Source: an uncultured cyanobacterium
GTDB lineage: Bacteria > Cyanobacteriota > Cyanobacteriia > Leptolyngbyales > Leptolyngbyaceae
Length of the DNA stretch: 64,000 bases
Reading direction: 5' to 3'
Assembly (NCBI GenBank): GCA_963766075.1
Contig: CAVYAN010000049.1
Span: 38,097-102,096, forward strand
Shown: one piece after another, positions 25,474 to 35,764 of the stretch
Numbering within the stretch: the first letter of the stretch is position 1
Layout of the letters: each line of letters starts with the position of its first letter
Translations under genes and position numbers: made by a program
The notes under the pieces: model-generated
What the model was told of the DNA's origin: nothing
The model's input: only the letters and a program-made list of their open reading frames with translations
Databases searched by the model: none

Positions 25474-27480
25474 TTACGGTGATGTCGGAATGGGCAGATC
25501 AAAATTGACTTCTTCGATGGTGATATCACCATGGAGATCAAAGCTGTTCAGATAGGCCAAGGGGTCGTCGGGATTAAATACCACCCCATCAAACAAGGCA
25601 AAGGGGCCACGGCTGGGTTCAGTGTCGGGCAGTTCTAGGGCACGGGCGGCGGCTCCATACAGATCAACGCGGCGGGTTTGCTCCAAAACTTCGATCCAGT
25701 TGCGGGGGAAGGAGGTCATGCCCCAGCGAGCAAGCTGAGTCAGAATCCATAGCCCTTCGGCGCGGCTGGGGAAGTTGGACTGATCGACATAGAATTGGTT
25801 AAACCGCAACGGTGTCGAGGCGGGTTCATCCGTGCCGCGATCGTAGGGATCGATAAATCCGGGCAGGATATACTCCAGATTGGTGCCAATGTATTCCGGT
25901 TTAGTCAGCAGCTTGGCGATCGCGGGTCGGTTGCGGCGATCGTCGCAGTAGTCGCAGGCTTCCAGCAACGCTTTGACCAAGGCAATGTGGGTTTGGGGAT
26001 GCTCATCGGCCCAGCCGTTCCGCACCCCGAGCACTTTTTCGGGATGTCCCGCCCAAATTTCCAGGTCCGTGGCAATCACAAAGCCGTGACCTTCTTGCAC
26101 CGCTCGCGTGTTCCAGGGTTCACCGGCGCAGAACCCGTCAATGTTGCCACTCAGCAGGTTAGAGACCATCTGAGCTGGCGGAATCACCGCTAGGTTCACA
26201 TCCTTATCTGGATCGATGCCCGCTGATGCCAGCCAGTAGCGCAGCATCAGGTTGTGCATCGAGGCGGCATGGACAATACCGATAGTGTGAACTTTATCCG
26301 GTGTCCGAGCGATCGCGTCTTTAAAGTCCGCTAAGGTGCGTACCCCCGCATCGTAGAATTTTTTATCCAGGGTAATGGCGTTGCCGTTGCGACTGAGGGT
26401 GAGGGCGGTGGCAATCGGGCAGGGGGGATTGCCGTTCAGCCCTAGGGTCATGGCGAGGGGCAGACCGGCCACCATCTGGGCGGCATCCAATTGCCCGTCG
26501 GTCATGCCATCGACGATCGCCTTCCAACTGGGTTCACGGTGCAGGGTCACCTGGGTGAGGCCATGCTTCTCGAAAAAGCCCATTTCCTTGGCCACGACCA
26601 GCGGGGCTGCATCGGTGAGGGGAATAAAGCCAATGTCCAAATTGATCTTTTCCAGACCATTGGCGGCGATCGCGGCCATGGGCTTGAGGCTCTTGCGCTT
26701 TTTCGCCCGCTTTTGCTGATTGAGGAAGTAAATCATCTCATTGCGCAGGGCATAGTAGCTGGGATGGTTGACCACTTCCATGCGCAGGCGGGGACGGGGA
26801 ATGCGCACATCCAGAATTTGACCGATGTGGGCTTCGGGGCCGTTGGTCAGCATAACAATGCGATCGCTGAGCAGCAACGCTTCATCCACATCATGGGTCA
26901 CCATCAGACAGGTCATGCCCGTCTCTTCGCAGATTTTCATCAACTGCTCTTGCAGGTTGCCCCGCGTGAGGGCATCCAAGGCTCCAAAGGGTTCGTCGAG
27001 TAGCAGCATTTTGGGCCGAATCGACAGGGCACGGGCGATCGCCACCCGCTGCTTCATCCCGCCGGAGAGCTCCTTGGGCTTTTTATCGGCGGCGGGGCGC
27101 AATCCCACGAGGTTGATATGCTGCTCCACAATGGCGCTGCGCTCGGCAGCGGGGAGATCCTTCAACACCTTGTTCACGGCTAGGGCGATGTTTTGCCGGA
27201 CGGTTTTCCACGGGAGTAAAGAATAGTTTTGGAAGACCATCATGCGATCGGGGCCAGGACTGTTGATTTCCCGTCCGTCCAGAACCACCCCACCGACAGA
27301 GGCCCGATCCAGCCCTGCCACAATATTCAACAGCGTGGATTTACCACAGCCCGAGTGCCCGATCAGGGAAACAAACTCGCCTTTCTTGAGGGTGAGGTCA
27401 ACGCTCTTCAGGGCAATATATTCCTTGCCACCCGCGAGGGGAAAGACTTTGTCAATGCGATCAACTTCAAGAAATGCCAT
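25474..27480 (-). CDS. nrtC: Nitrate/nitrite ABC transporter ATP-binding subunit C with NrtA-like C-terminal domain
   Basis: GHSGCGKS, LSGGMKQRV, C-terminal GFIPLTDAAP domain. Confidence 0.95.
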   Translation of the reverse strand: MAFLEVDRIDKVFPLAGGKEYIALKSVDLTLKKGEFVSLIGHSGCGKSTLLNIVAGLDRASVGGVVLDGREINSPGPDRMMVFQNYSLLPWKTVRQNIALAVNKVLKDLPAAERSAIVEQHINLVGLRPAADKKPKELSGGMKQRVAIARALSIRPKMLLLDEPFGALDALTRGNLQEQLMKICEETGMTCLMVTHDVDEALLLSDRIVMLTNGPEAHIGQILDVRIPRPRLRMEVVNHPSYYALRNEMIYFLNQQKRAKKRKSLKPMAAIAANGLEKINLDIGFIPLTDAAPLVVAKEMGFFEKHGLTQVTLHREPSWKAIVDGMTDGQLDAAQMVAGLPLAMTLGLNGNPPCPIATALTLSRNGNAITLDKKFYDAGVRTLADFKDAIARTPDKVHTIGIVHAASMHNLMLRYWLASAGIDPDKDVNLAVIPPAQMVSNLLSGNIDGFCAGEPWNTRAVQEGHGFVIATDLEIWAGHPEKVLGVRNGWADEHPQTHIALVKALLEACDYCDDRRNRPAIAKLLTKPEYIGTNLEYILPGFIDPYDRGTDEPASTPLRFNQFYVDQSNFPSRAEGLWILTQLARWGMTSFPRNWIEVLEQTRRVDLYGAAARALELPDTEPSRGPFALFDGVVFNPDDPLAYLNSFDLHGDITIEEVNFDLPIPTSP

Positions 27481-27553
27481 AGGAATGAAGAGGGGGAAGA
27501 GGACTAGGATGGATTGAGGACTGTCAGGAAACCGCACATCAAACTACTCCGAA

Positions 27554-28366
27554 CTACTCCGAAACCACCAGGGAACCCAACCACCCCACGATGCGATCGA
27601 GGGCCATACCCACCAGTCCCACACAAATCACGGCCAGAATAATTTTGCTCAAGCTGTCTTCGAGCTGGGCGCTGTACTCGTTCCAAATATAGGCCCCAAT
27701 GCCACCCGCACCCGTAGACAGCATTTCCGCCGCCACGATCGCCAACCAGGCCAGACCAATGCCAATCCGCAAGCCCGTGAAGATGTAGGGCACGGTGGAC
27801 GGAATCAGGATGCTAAACAGAAAATCTTTACCGGAGAGGCGCAGCACCTTGGCGACATTGGTGTAGTCTGAGGGAATTTGCTGGATACCCACTGCCGTAT
27901 TGATCACAACCGGCCAAATTGCGGTGATGAAAATCAGAAAAATCCCAGCGGGAGCCGCTTCCTGAAACATGGCGAGGGAGAGGGGCAACCAGGCCAAGGG
28001 CGGCACCGTCCGCAGCACTTGGATTAGGGGATCAAACCCATCGCGCAGGAACTTATTTACCCCGATCGCTACCCCAATGCTCGTACCAATCACAGCCGCG
28101 AGGGCATAGCCGACACCAACCCGCTGCAAACTGGCAAAGAGTTGCAGCCAAATCCCCCCTTCACCAAATCCGTCGAGAATTACTTGAAAGGTTTGGCTGG
28201 CAACCTTAGTGGGTCCCGGCAATTTTGACTCAGGGCTGAGGCAGAGGAGTTGCCAAATCCCCAGGACAAGGGTTGTACAGACCAGTGGGGGCACCAATGC
28301 CTTAACAAATTTACCGAGGTTTGCAGCTAGGGCTGAGGGGACTAGCAGGGATTGGGAGCTGGCCAT
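27554..28366 (-). CDS. nrtB: Nitrate/nitrite ABC transporter permease
   Basis: RTVPPLAWLP, IFITAIWP, YIFTGLRIGIGLAWLAIVAAEM. Confidence 0.95.
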   Translation of the reverse strand: MASSQSLLVPSALAANLGKFVKALVPPLVCTTLVLGIWQLLCLSPESKLPGPTKVASQTFQVILDGFGEGGIWLQLFASLQRVGVGYALAAVIGTSIGVAIGVNKFLRDGFDPLIQVLRTVPPLAWLPLSLAMFQEAAPAGIFLIFITAIWPVVINTAVGIQQIPSDYTNVAKVLRLSGKDFLFSILIPSTVPYIFTGLRIGIGLAWLAIVAAEMLSTGAGGIGAYIWNEYSAQLEDSLSKIILAVICVGLVGMALDRIVGWLGSLVVSE

Positions 28367-28797
28367 AGGAGTTGCCTCGTGGTAAGGGAAGACGAAGGAG
28401 CGGTCGATGGAAAATCAACAGGTCAGGGAAATACTGGGAAAAACACAAGGGCCGAATTCAGCGTCTAGGCCAATGGGATGGACCCAAAAATCATCGTATG
28501 GGTCGGAAGACTGGAAGTGCCAAGACCGAGCAAGCGCCAAGACCGGGCCAACTAGAGCAAGAAAAGCTACAGCGAGAAACCTAGAACGAGGAAACTAGAC
28601 CAAAAACTAGACCGAAAAAATGCATAGCTCGTACTAATGTGACAGAAAGACAGCGATGCGAAAGTTCGTGACGGACGGCACAGCGGCTGATCGTAGGCTG
28701 ACCGATTACAAGGTAGAGACGTCCTAGAAGAACGCCTCTACCGGAGCGGCTCGATTAACCGGCTCTGTATCGAATATGACCCGACCGGATGGGGCGA

Positions 28798-30126
28798 CTA
28801 GGCTTTTTTGATCTTCAGGCTAGCCAAGTAGTCTTTGGGCTTCGTCGGATCAAACGTGATCTTATCGAAGAAGGTTTCCACCCCACGGGTATCTTCCTTG
28901 GGAATATCTGCCGCCGCGACGTTAATCGCCTTCGCCGCCTCGCGCCACAGATCGGGGCGACAGACCTTATCCACCATGGCCAAGTCTGGCTCAGCAAACT
29001 TGCCCCAGCGGATATTTTCCGTGATGAACCAACTGTCATGGCTCTTATAGGGGAAAGAGGCATTATCGCGCCAGAACTTCATCAACAGCGGGCTGTTTTC
29101 CAACTTGCGACCATCGCCCATGTCAAAATTGCCCTTCAACCGATCTATGATGTCCGTTACCGGAGCCTTAATATATTTGTCGGCAGAGACAATCTTGCAC
29201 ATTTCTTCCTTGTTTTCGTCCTTATCGCACCATTGCTGGGCTTCTAGCACCGCCATGAGCATGGCTTTGGCCGCTTTGGGGTTCTTATCGACCCACTCTG
29301 ATCGCATGGAGAACGCCTTTTCGGGGTGATCTTTCCACATTTCGCCAGTGGTGAGGGCACTGTAACCTAGTTTTTTACTAATCAAGCGATCGTTCCAGGG
29401 TTCACCCACACAGAAGGCATCCATGGTCTTGGTTTCCATGTTGGCCACCATTTGTGGCGGTGGAATTACAATGATGTCCACGTCTTCATTAGGATCGATG
29501 CCGCCTGCTGCTAGCCAGTAGCGCATCCACAGATCGTGGGTACCACCAGGGAAGGTCACGGCACACTTTAGTTTGTTACCTGAAGCCTTGCGCTCCAGCA
29601 CTTTTACTTTCAGTTTGGCGCTGTCGGTGTCCAGCTTCAGATCAGCGTATTCATTAGATACTGAAATACCCTGCCCATTGGTATTTAGCCGTGCCAGGAC
29701 ATACATAGGGACGGGGGTATTACCCTTTGTTACCTTCCCGGAGGTCAATAGATAGGGCATGGGGGTCAGGATATGGGCACCATCAATGCCGCCCTTTTCT
29801 CCACCTAGTTCCAGGTTGTCCCGTACCACGGCCCAGGAGGTTTGCTTGGTGACGGAAACATCCTTCATGCCGTATTTCTCGAAAATGCCCTTTTCTTTGG
29901 CAATGATCAGAGGGGCAGAATCCGTTAGGGCGATGAAGCCAAGCTTGGCGGTGGTGGTTTCCGGGGTGTCCATGGTGCCGCTGCTGACGGCGGGGACGGC
30001 ACTGGGGGAAGCCCCGCTAGTGGTGGTGGCGGTTTTGCTGCCAGAACTACAGGCATTGACCAACAGGCTCCCGGCGGTAGCGGCCCCGGCGGTGAGAATA
30101 AATTTGCGTCTGGAGAAATTCGTCAT
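28798..30126 (-). CDS. nrtA: Nitrate/nitrite-binding lipoprotein
   Basis: Twin-Arg lipoprotein signal SRRKFI...NAC, LGFIALTDSAP, TFPGGTHDLW. Confidence 0.95.
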   Translation of the reverse strand: MTNFSRRKFILTAGAATAGSLLVNACSSGSKTATTTSGASPSAVPAVSSGTMDTPETTTAKLGFIALTDSAPLIIAKEKGIFEKYGMKDVSVTKQTSWAVVRDNLELGGEKGGIDGAHILTPMPYLLTSGKVTKGNTPVPMYVLARLNTNGQGISVSNEYADLKLDTDSAKLKVKVLERKASGNKLKCAVTFPGGTHDLWMRYWLAAGGIDPNEDVDIIVIPPPQMVANMETKTMDAFCVGEPWNDRLISKKLGYSALTTGEMWKDHPEKAFSMRSEWVDKNPKAAKAMLMAVLEAQQWCDKDENKEEMCKIVSADKYIKAPVTDIIDRLKGNFDMGDGRKLENSPLLMKFWRDNASFPYKSHDSWFITENIRWGKFAEPDLAMVDKVCRPDLWREAAKAINVAAADIPKEDTRGVETFFDKITFDPTKPKDYLASLKIKKA

Positions 30127-30276
30127 GGGATTATGGGTTCCAAATTCTAAATACTGGGGTTGAATTTCCGTGATGTGTGTTGGCGTTGCGTCCAAAAGGA
30201 TTCGTCGCCAACCGATGCACAGGATACATCGCAATGCCCTGGGTGATGCAGTTAAGCAAGGGGCCGGGTCGGTAGA

Positions 30277-32133
30277 TTAAAGATCCAGAGCGACGATGCC
30301 TACGGGGTAGGCAATACAGGGGAGGATGTAGCCTCCGCCGCGATCGCCGTCACTCAGGGCTGCCGGAGTACCCTCATAGCGGACTTGTCCCTGAAGGAGC
30401 TTTTGCTTGCAGGTGCCGCAGGTGCCGCTGCGACAACTACTGTCTGCGGCCACGCCCGCCGCCTCTAGCGTTTCCAAAAGGGAAATCGCATCCGTCGCGG
30501 CTAGGATGGTGCCGGATTGGGCCAACTGAATCGTGGCCGGAGCCCCCGTGGGCTGGAGCGTGGCGGTAGGCACCGGGGCTGCTTCGGCAATCGCCACTCC
30601 CGGCTTTAACTGTGCGCCGAATTGCTCGGTTAGCAGTTGCCGCAGTACCGGCTTCAGATCCTCACAGGGAATTCCCTTGGTGACACAGGTGCCCAAGTGG
30701 GCATCCTTGCCCACGGTGCCGCCCATATAAATATCCACCCCCTCAACGGTTTTACCGTTCTTACGGACCTTGGTGCCCATTAAGCCGATGTCGGCTACTT
30801 GGGGCTGGCCGCAGGAGTTCGGGCAGCCCGTCCAATGAATACGGACCGGACGGGCTACGTCTAGCTCCGCTTCCAGCTCCTGAATTAATGCCTGCAATCG
30901 CGTCTTCGTTTCGATCAAGGCAAAGTTACAGAATTGCGCCCCCGTACAGGACACCAGCGCCCGTGAAAGGGGGGCGGGCGCTACGGCAAAGCGCTCGAGG
31001 AGCGGCTCTGCCAAAAGCGCGGGTAAACGCGAATCCGCCACATTCGGAATAATCACATTCTGCTCGACGGTGAGCCGTAATTCACTACTGCCGTAAACCT
31101 CAGCAAGTCGGGCTAAATCTGCCATGTCTTGGGCGTGGAGTCGTCCGACGGGCACATGCAACCCGACATAGCTCAATCCGGGTTGCTTTTGGGCATAAAC
31201 CCCCAGATGATCCCGCTTCTCCCACTGAATTTCGTCGTGCTCCGCTGCGGCTAGGAGAGGCTGGCCCATCTGCTCGACAACAGCGCTCCGAAATTTCTCG
31301 ATCCCCCATTCATCAATCAGCCACATGAGGCGCGACTTTTGCCGATTGGCCCGCAGGCCATGGTCACGGTACACCACCAAAATGGCTTCACACAGGGCCA
31401 CCACGTCTTGGGGCGGGACCCAAACGTTGAGGGGCACTGCGGCTTCACACCGCTTGGCGGAGAAAAAACCACCGACGAGGACGTTGAATCCCAGGGTGTC
31501 GGCCTGGTAGGCGGGCACAAAGGCGATGTCGTTGATTTCGGCGTGGACAGAATTGTCGCGGCAACCGGCGATCGCGATATTAAACTTGCGGGGCAAGTTC
31601 GAGAAAGCGGAATTTCCCTGTCCCTTGGCCGTGATCATATCCTGAACGGCTTGGGCCAGGTCGCGGGTATCCATTAGCTCATCCGCATCAATGCCCGCGA
31701 CGGGTGAGCCTGTAATGTTGCGCACATTATCCATGCCAGACTGAATGCTGGTGAGATCAACGGCTTGCAACTGCTGGAAAATATCAGGCAAGTCTTCAAT
31801 CCGAATGCCCCGGAGTTGGATGTTTTGGCGGGTGGTGATATCGGCGCTGCCGTCATCGCCGTAACGTTGCACAATAGCGCTGAGTACTTGCAGTTGAGTA
31901 CTGGTGATGACCCCACTGGGCAGCCGGAGGCGCATCATGAACTTACCGGGAGTGACCGGGCGGAAAAACACCCCGAGCCATTTCAGACGATAGTCGCGAT
32001 CGGTTTCATCCATGGCCTCCCAGCCGACCTGGGCATAGTGCTGCAATTCGGCTTTAACGGCAAGGCCGTCTTTTTCCTGCTTTAATTTTTCAAACTTGTT
32101 TAAGCTAGCCGAGGGTGAGGCAGCGGTGGTCAT
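30277..32133 (-). CDS. nirA: Ferredoxin-nitrite reductase with fused C-terminal [2Fe-2S] ferredoxin domain
   Basis: ITTRQNIQLRG, NLPRKFN, CTGAQFC, TGCPNSCGQ; tail CRSGTCGTC...ILPC. Confidence 0.96.
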   Translation of the reverse strand: MTTAASPSASLNKFEKLKQEKDGLAVKAELQHYAQVGWEAMDETDRDYRLKWLGVFFRPVTPGKFMMRLRLPSGVITSTQLQVLSAIVQRYGDDGSADITTRQNIQLRGIRIEDLPDIFQQLQAVDLTSIQSGMDNVRNITGSPVAGIDADELMDTRDLAQAVQDMITAKGQGNSAFSNLPRKFNIAIAGCRDNSVHAEINDIAFVPAYQADTLGFNVLVGGFFSAKRCEAAVPLNVWVPPQDVVALCEAILVVYRDHGLRANRQKSRLMWLIDEWGIEKFRSAVVEQMGQPLLAAAEHDEIQWEKRDHLGVYAQKQPGLSYVGLHVPVGRLHAQDMADLARLAEVYGSSELRLTVEQNVIIPNVADSRLPALLAEPLLERFAVAPAPLSRALVSCTGAQFCNFALIETKTRLQALIQELEAELDVARPVRIHWTGCPNSCGQPQVADIGLMGTKVRKNGKTVEGVDIYMGGTVGKDAHLGTCVTKGIPCEDLKPVLRQLLTEQFGAQLKPGVAIAEAAPVPTATLQPTGAPATIQLAQSGTILAATDAISLLETLEAAGVAADSSCRSGTCGTCKQKLLQGQVRYEGTPAALSDGDRGGGYILPCIAYPVGIVALDL

Positions 32134-32274
32134 GGGCGGTTCCTGAATGGACACTGCTAACGGACTGTGGGTCGGCTAGTACCAGAGAAGGAATCGGGCC
32201 AAGGGAACCAAAAAACATCAATAAATGTTAAATAGACTTGTCCGGAAAACCCCTAAGGTGCTTTGCCTGAAGAC

Positions 32275-32316
32275 AAGGTAACCAAATGCAACTCAGCAAT
32301 TAGTGTCCATAGTTAC
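32275..32316 (-). promoter_or_regulatory. NtcA-activated promoter of the nir operon
   Basis: Minus strand GTA-ACTATGGA-CAC (32316-32303), 22-nt spacer, -10 TACCTT (32280-32275). Confidence 0.8.
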
Positions 32317-32331
32317 AAAACATGGTGAATC

Positions 32332-32368
32332 ATGAATATTGTGAATCCCCGCTATGTGAAAAAATCAT
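32332..32368. promoter_or_regulatory. Two candidate NtcB (LysR) AT-N11-AT motifs
   Basis: ATGAATATTGTGAAT (32332-32346) and ATGTGAAAAAATCAT (32354-32368), about -71 and -93 from the predicted TSS. Confidence 0.6.
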
Positions 32369-32551
32369 GTAAAAATCCCACAGTGTGAAAAATTCATGAT
32401 GCGGGGATGATTCTGGGGCTTCAGCGTCACTGGGCCAGGTTGTCAATTCTTCTGGCTGTGTAAAATCCAGCAATGGCCTGCCCCGTGGCGCGATCGCGGC
32501 ACTCTAGCAAGACGCTCACGCAAGAGCTATCACGCCGTTAGGCCCGCTTGG

Positions 32552-32749
32552 CTAGGCGCTCACCGTATGTCCAGCAGCGGCGATCGCGGCTTTGACGTCG
32601 CCTTCCGCCGCTTGGGTGTCAATGCTGACGCCCTTTGTATTGAGGTTAATTTGCACGGTTGCTGTGGGATCGATCGCCGTAATGGCTTTGGTGACGATGC
32701 CAGCACATCCCTCACAGACCATAGAAGGAACGAAGATTTGGAGTGTCAT
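32552..32749 (-). CDS. Heavy-metal-associated (CopZ/Atx1-like) chaperone
   Basis: 65 aa, MVCEGC metal-binding motif. Confidence 0.88.
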   Translation of the reverse strand: MTLQIFVPSMVCEGCAGIVTKAITAIDPTATVQINLNTKGVSIDTQAAEGDVKAAIAAAGHTVSA

Positions 32750-32824
32750 AGTACATCCGGCAGATTCAGAAGAACAATTAAGTCGGTGGGGAACCAGCGA
32801 TGGGTTTCGCGCCAATTTTAGCCT

Positions 32825-33430
32825 TTATTGAATGAGCCGCATCAAAAAGCCGGGAGACATCCACAGCGCGTAGACCGCTCCCATCATGGCCAAGGTAATG
32901 GCGATCGTCATGCCATAGCTCAGGCACATCAAGAATCCATCAGCTTCTAAAGTGGCAACGGCCAAGAGGAGGATCCCTGCGGTTGGAATTGGATTGGTGA
33001 AGGGAATCGGTAGAATCAGCAGGATCGTTAGCCAAGCGATACAGAAGCCATTTAAGCGCCAGGTGTAGGGACTTTCCGCAATGCTGCGCAGGCGCGGGCG
33101 GGTGATTTTTTCGAGCACTCGGGTGAAGTGCTGGAGATTGTGTAGCAAATGATTGGAAATCCATTGGGGAAATTGATATTGGGCAATGCGCCGAGGCAAC
33201 CAGGGCGATCGCCGTCCCACCATCATTTGCAAGGCCAACAGGAGTGCCCCTGAACCCAAGGGGCCTGTGAAGCCGGGTGGCATGGGAAATAAGAAGGGTA
33301 GGGTCAGCAGCCCAATGACCAAGCTAAACCCACGCTCGGCGGTTTCGGCCAAAATATCTGCCAAGGTCAAGGGGCGCTCTTGCGCCCGTAGCAGCAGCGC
33401 TTCCAGGTCTTGGGAAAACTTCAGATGCAT
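32825..33430 (-). CDS. exoD: ExoD-family exopolysaccharide synthesis membrane protein
   Basis: ERGFSL..LPFLFPMPPG, PWLP, LPIPFTNPIP, LEADG. Confidence 0.85.
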   Translation of the reverse strand: MHLKFSQDLEALLLRAQERPLTLADILAETAERGFSLVIGLLTLPFLFPMPPGFTGPLGSGALLLALQMMVGRRSPWLPRRIAQYQFPQWISNHLLHNLQHFTRVLEKITRPRLRSIAESPYTWRLNGFCIAWLTILLILPIPFTNPIPTAGILLLAVATLEADGFLMCLSYGMTIAITLAMMGAVYALWMSPGFLMRLIQ

Positions 33431-33705
33431 GAGGATTTATGGACAAAGGAACTCATTCAACCCGCTGCGAACAGGTCTCCAGCAGAGGAGCACGACGCGT
33501 TCAAGACGCGCTCAATGTAGAGACTCCTCCACTGTATAGAAAGGACACAGCGTTTGTCAGGTGATTTCCGTAACATTGTCGCCGCGGGGAGCAACGACTC
33601 CGCTCGCTAGAAGTTCTGCTAGCGGAGCGGAGTCGTAGTTCGCTTCCCGCAGGGTAGCCAGCGGATTCTACTAGCTAGCGGGCATACTATTTCTGAGAAA
33701 TCGCC

Positions 33706-34359
33706 TTACGATTCCAGGCTTTCGGTGGGTTCAGGAAGTTTTTGACCCAGTTGAGGCTCTGTCCCGGCGAGCAACCGCTGAATATTGGACCGATGGCGGA
33801 CAATAACGTAGATGCCTCCGGTGAGGCTGAACAGGATGTAAGCAAGGGGTTGGGCGGTGAGCATCATAAAGCCAGACGCCGCGATCGCCCCGACGATGGA
33901 ACTGAGGGAGACAATGCGCGTGATGGCCATGACCAAGGCAAAGGTCGCAAGGGTGGCTAAGCCCACAATCCAGTTGAGGGTGAGCAGGATGCCCAAACTG
34001 GTGGCAACGGACTTGCCTCCCGTAAAGTTCAGAAAAATGGATTTGCTGTGGCCGATCAGACAGGCCATGGCCGCGAGGACGACCACCCAAGGCTTCCCGG
34101 TGGGATCGGCGTATAGCCCATAGACAAGGGCGATCGCTGCCGCGCCCTTCAACACATCCACTGTCAACACAAAAATGGCGGGTCCCTTGCCCAAGGTCCG
34201 GAGCACGTTCGTTGCCCCGGTGGAGCCAGAGCCTTGTTCGCGTATATCGACGCCCTTGAGGACCTTGCCTGTCCAGTAGCCCGTAGGGATGGAGCCCAGC
34301 AAGTAGGCGATCCCGACGATCAGCCCATTCAGGAGCCACCCCTGCAGGGGCAATCCCAT
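33706..34359 (-). CDS. plsY: Glycerol-3-phosphate acyltransferase
   Basis: YLLGSIP, GSGSTGATNVLR, DVLKG, GGKSVAT, RHRSNIQRL; start could be 34401. Confidence 0.95.
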   Translation of the reverse strand: MGLPLQGWLLNGLIVGIAYLLGSIPTGYWTGKVLKGVDIREQGSGSTGATNVLRTLGKGPAIFVLTVDVLKGAAAIALVYGLYADPTGKPWVVVLAAMACLIGHSKSIFLNFTGGKSVATSLGILLTLNWIVGLATLATFALVMAITRIVSLSSIVGAIAASGFMMLTAQPLAYILFSLTGGIYVIVRHRSNIQRLLAGTEPQLGQKLPEPTESLES

Positions 34360-34426
34360 GGGAATGACAGTGTGTTCAACCAAAGCCACGAGGGAAGTCA
34401 TAGGTCCTACTAAGATAAGGTCTGCC

Positions 34427-35620
34427 TTACCAGAAATCGTTGTTGCGGGCGTAATTGGGCGGTGTCTCGGGATTGGGGGCAAAGGCTAGCCACAGCGGAA
34501 ATTGCAGCATGGCGAGGCTAATGTATTCCTCAGTTTCGTCGATCGCAATGAAGGGCATTAAGCCTTCTTTAACCAGGCGATCGGCCTTGAGGGCCAGCGG
34601 GGCAGGATCTTCAAACAGGGCAACGCCGCGATCGGGGCCAAAGTCGCTGCGAGTAATGCCCAGACAATCCTGCAAGCCCCGTCGCCATTCGCCCAACCGT
34701 TCGGGGGACTGGGCCAGCACCAGCAAGCGCGCGCGATCGCCATAGAGCGATCGCAGAATGGACATGGCGGCGGACGTAATCAAAATATTTTGCAGACGGC
34801 TACCCAGGGTGCGCACGGCACCTCGCCCGCCCTGGGTCAGAAACCAGGTGGATACGCGCTCAGCATGAATCGGCTCAAAGGTCCGCCGCAGCAGCCAGGG
34901 TGGCCCGTAGTAGTCAGGACGATTGCGATATTGATCCAGCAGGGTCCGAATCCGTTTAGTTTGCTCTTGAAAGGGGAGTTCGGCAAATCCAGCGATCGCC
35001 GGGGCCTGGGTGGTGAGGGCAGGCTCTGTGGGGAGAGGGCGCTTCGCGGTGAGGGGCTGTTTAGCCGCGAGGGCCGATTGGGAGGCAGAGGGTTGGGAGG
35101 CAGAGGGTTGGGGAGCGAATTGCTGAGCGGGTGGGGGCAATTCAGCAATTTTGGGCAGGTTTAATTGATCGGCAGCGATCGCGAGATCCTGCAAACTGCC
35201 GACAAGGTATTCCTTAAAGCTTTGAACGCGGATGGCAATTTCCTGGGATGACCCGGCGAAGGACGTGCGCATTTCCGCGCGAATGCGCTCCTGCCGTCGC
35301 TCCAATTGCTCGACGCTGATCTGTAAATTTTGTCGCCGCTGTTCGAGTTCCCGCAGACCATCCTGGATCAGAGTGCCGAGGTCCCGTTGCCCTTGGGCAA
35401 TGTCTGCCTGGAGGCGATCGCGCACCCCTTGGAGATCAGCAATCTCTTGGGCCAAAACTTCTGCGGTCAAAGCTTCTGCGGCCAAAGCTTCTGCGGTTGT
35501 CTGTTGGGGAATGGCCGCCGCCGAGGAAACTGCCGTGGGAATCTCCCCGGAAATTTCTGAAGAGATTTCTGGGGGGACTGTGGCGGCGGGCTCGTCAGGG
35601 GTCCATTCGTCAGCGTTCAT
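34427..35620 (-). CDS. DUF3086-family cyanobacterial protein
   Basis: Coiled coil, EMRTSFAGSSQ, PDYYGPPW, QGGRGA; usual neighbour of plsY. Confidence 0.8.
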   Translation of the reverse strand: MNADEWTPDEPAATVPPEISSEISGEIPTAVSSAAAIPQQTTAEALAAEALTAEVLAQEIADLQGVRDRLQADIAQGQRDLGTLIQDGLRELEQRRQNLQISVEQLERRQERIRAEMRTSFAGSSQEIAIRVQSFKEYLVGSLQDLAIAADQLNLPKIAELPPPAQQFAPQPSASQPSASQSALAAKQPLTAKRPLPTEPALTTQAPAIAGFAELPFQEQTKRIRTLLDQYRNRPDYYGPPWLLRRTFEPIHAERVSTWFLTQGGRGAVRTLGSRLQNILITSAAMSILRSLYGDRARLLVLAQSPERLGEWRRGLQDCLGITRSDFGPDRGVALFEDPAPLALKADRLVKEGLMPFIAIDETEEYISLAMLQFPLWLAFAPNPETPPNYARNNDFW

Positions 35621-35764
35621 AATTCGGATCAACTTTTTTCCAGGCAAGCGGCATCAACTTTCGGCCAGCGTCGTTTCAAAATACCAGAAACTTGGACCTC
35701 CCACGCACAATTCCCTAGAGATTGTGCTCTGGGTGTGAGGTCTAGGGCAGGGCGACTGTCTCCG

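Noticed and set aside
28367..28797. ncRNA or riboswitch in the long nrtA-nrtB spacer
   Set aside because: Only short repeats and weak hairpins are visible, with no recognisable RNA family motif. An Rfam scan would be needed.
33590..33680. Palindromic element downstream of plsY as an RNA gene
   Set aside because: It looks like a terminator or REP-like hairpin and has no tRNA or known ncRNA features.
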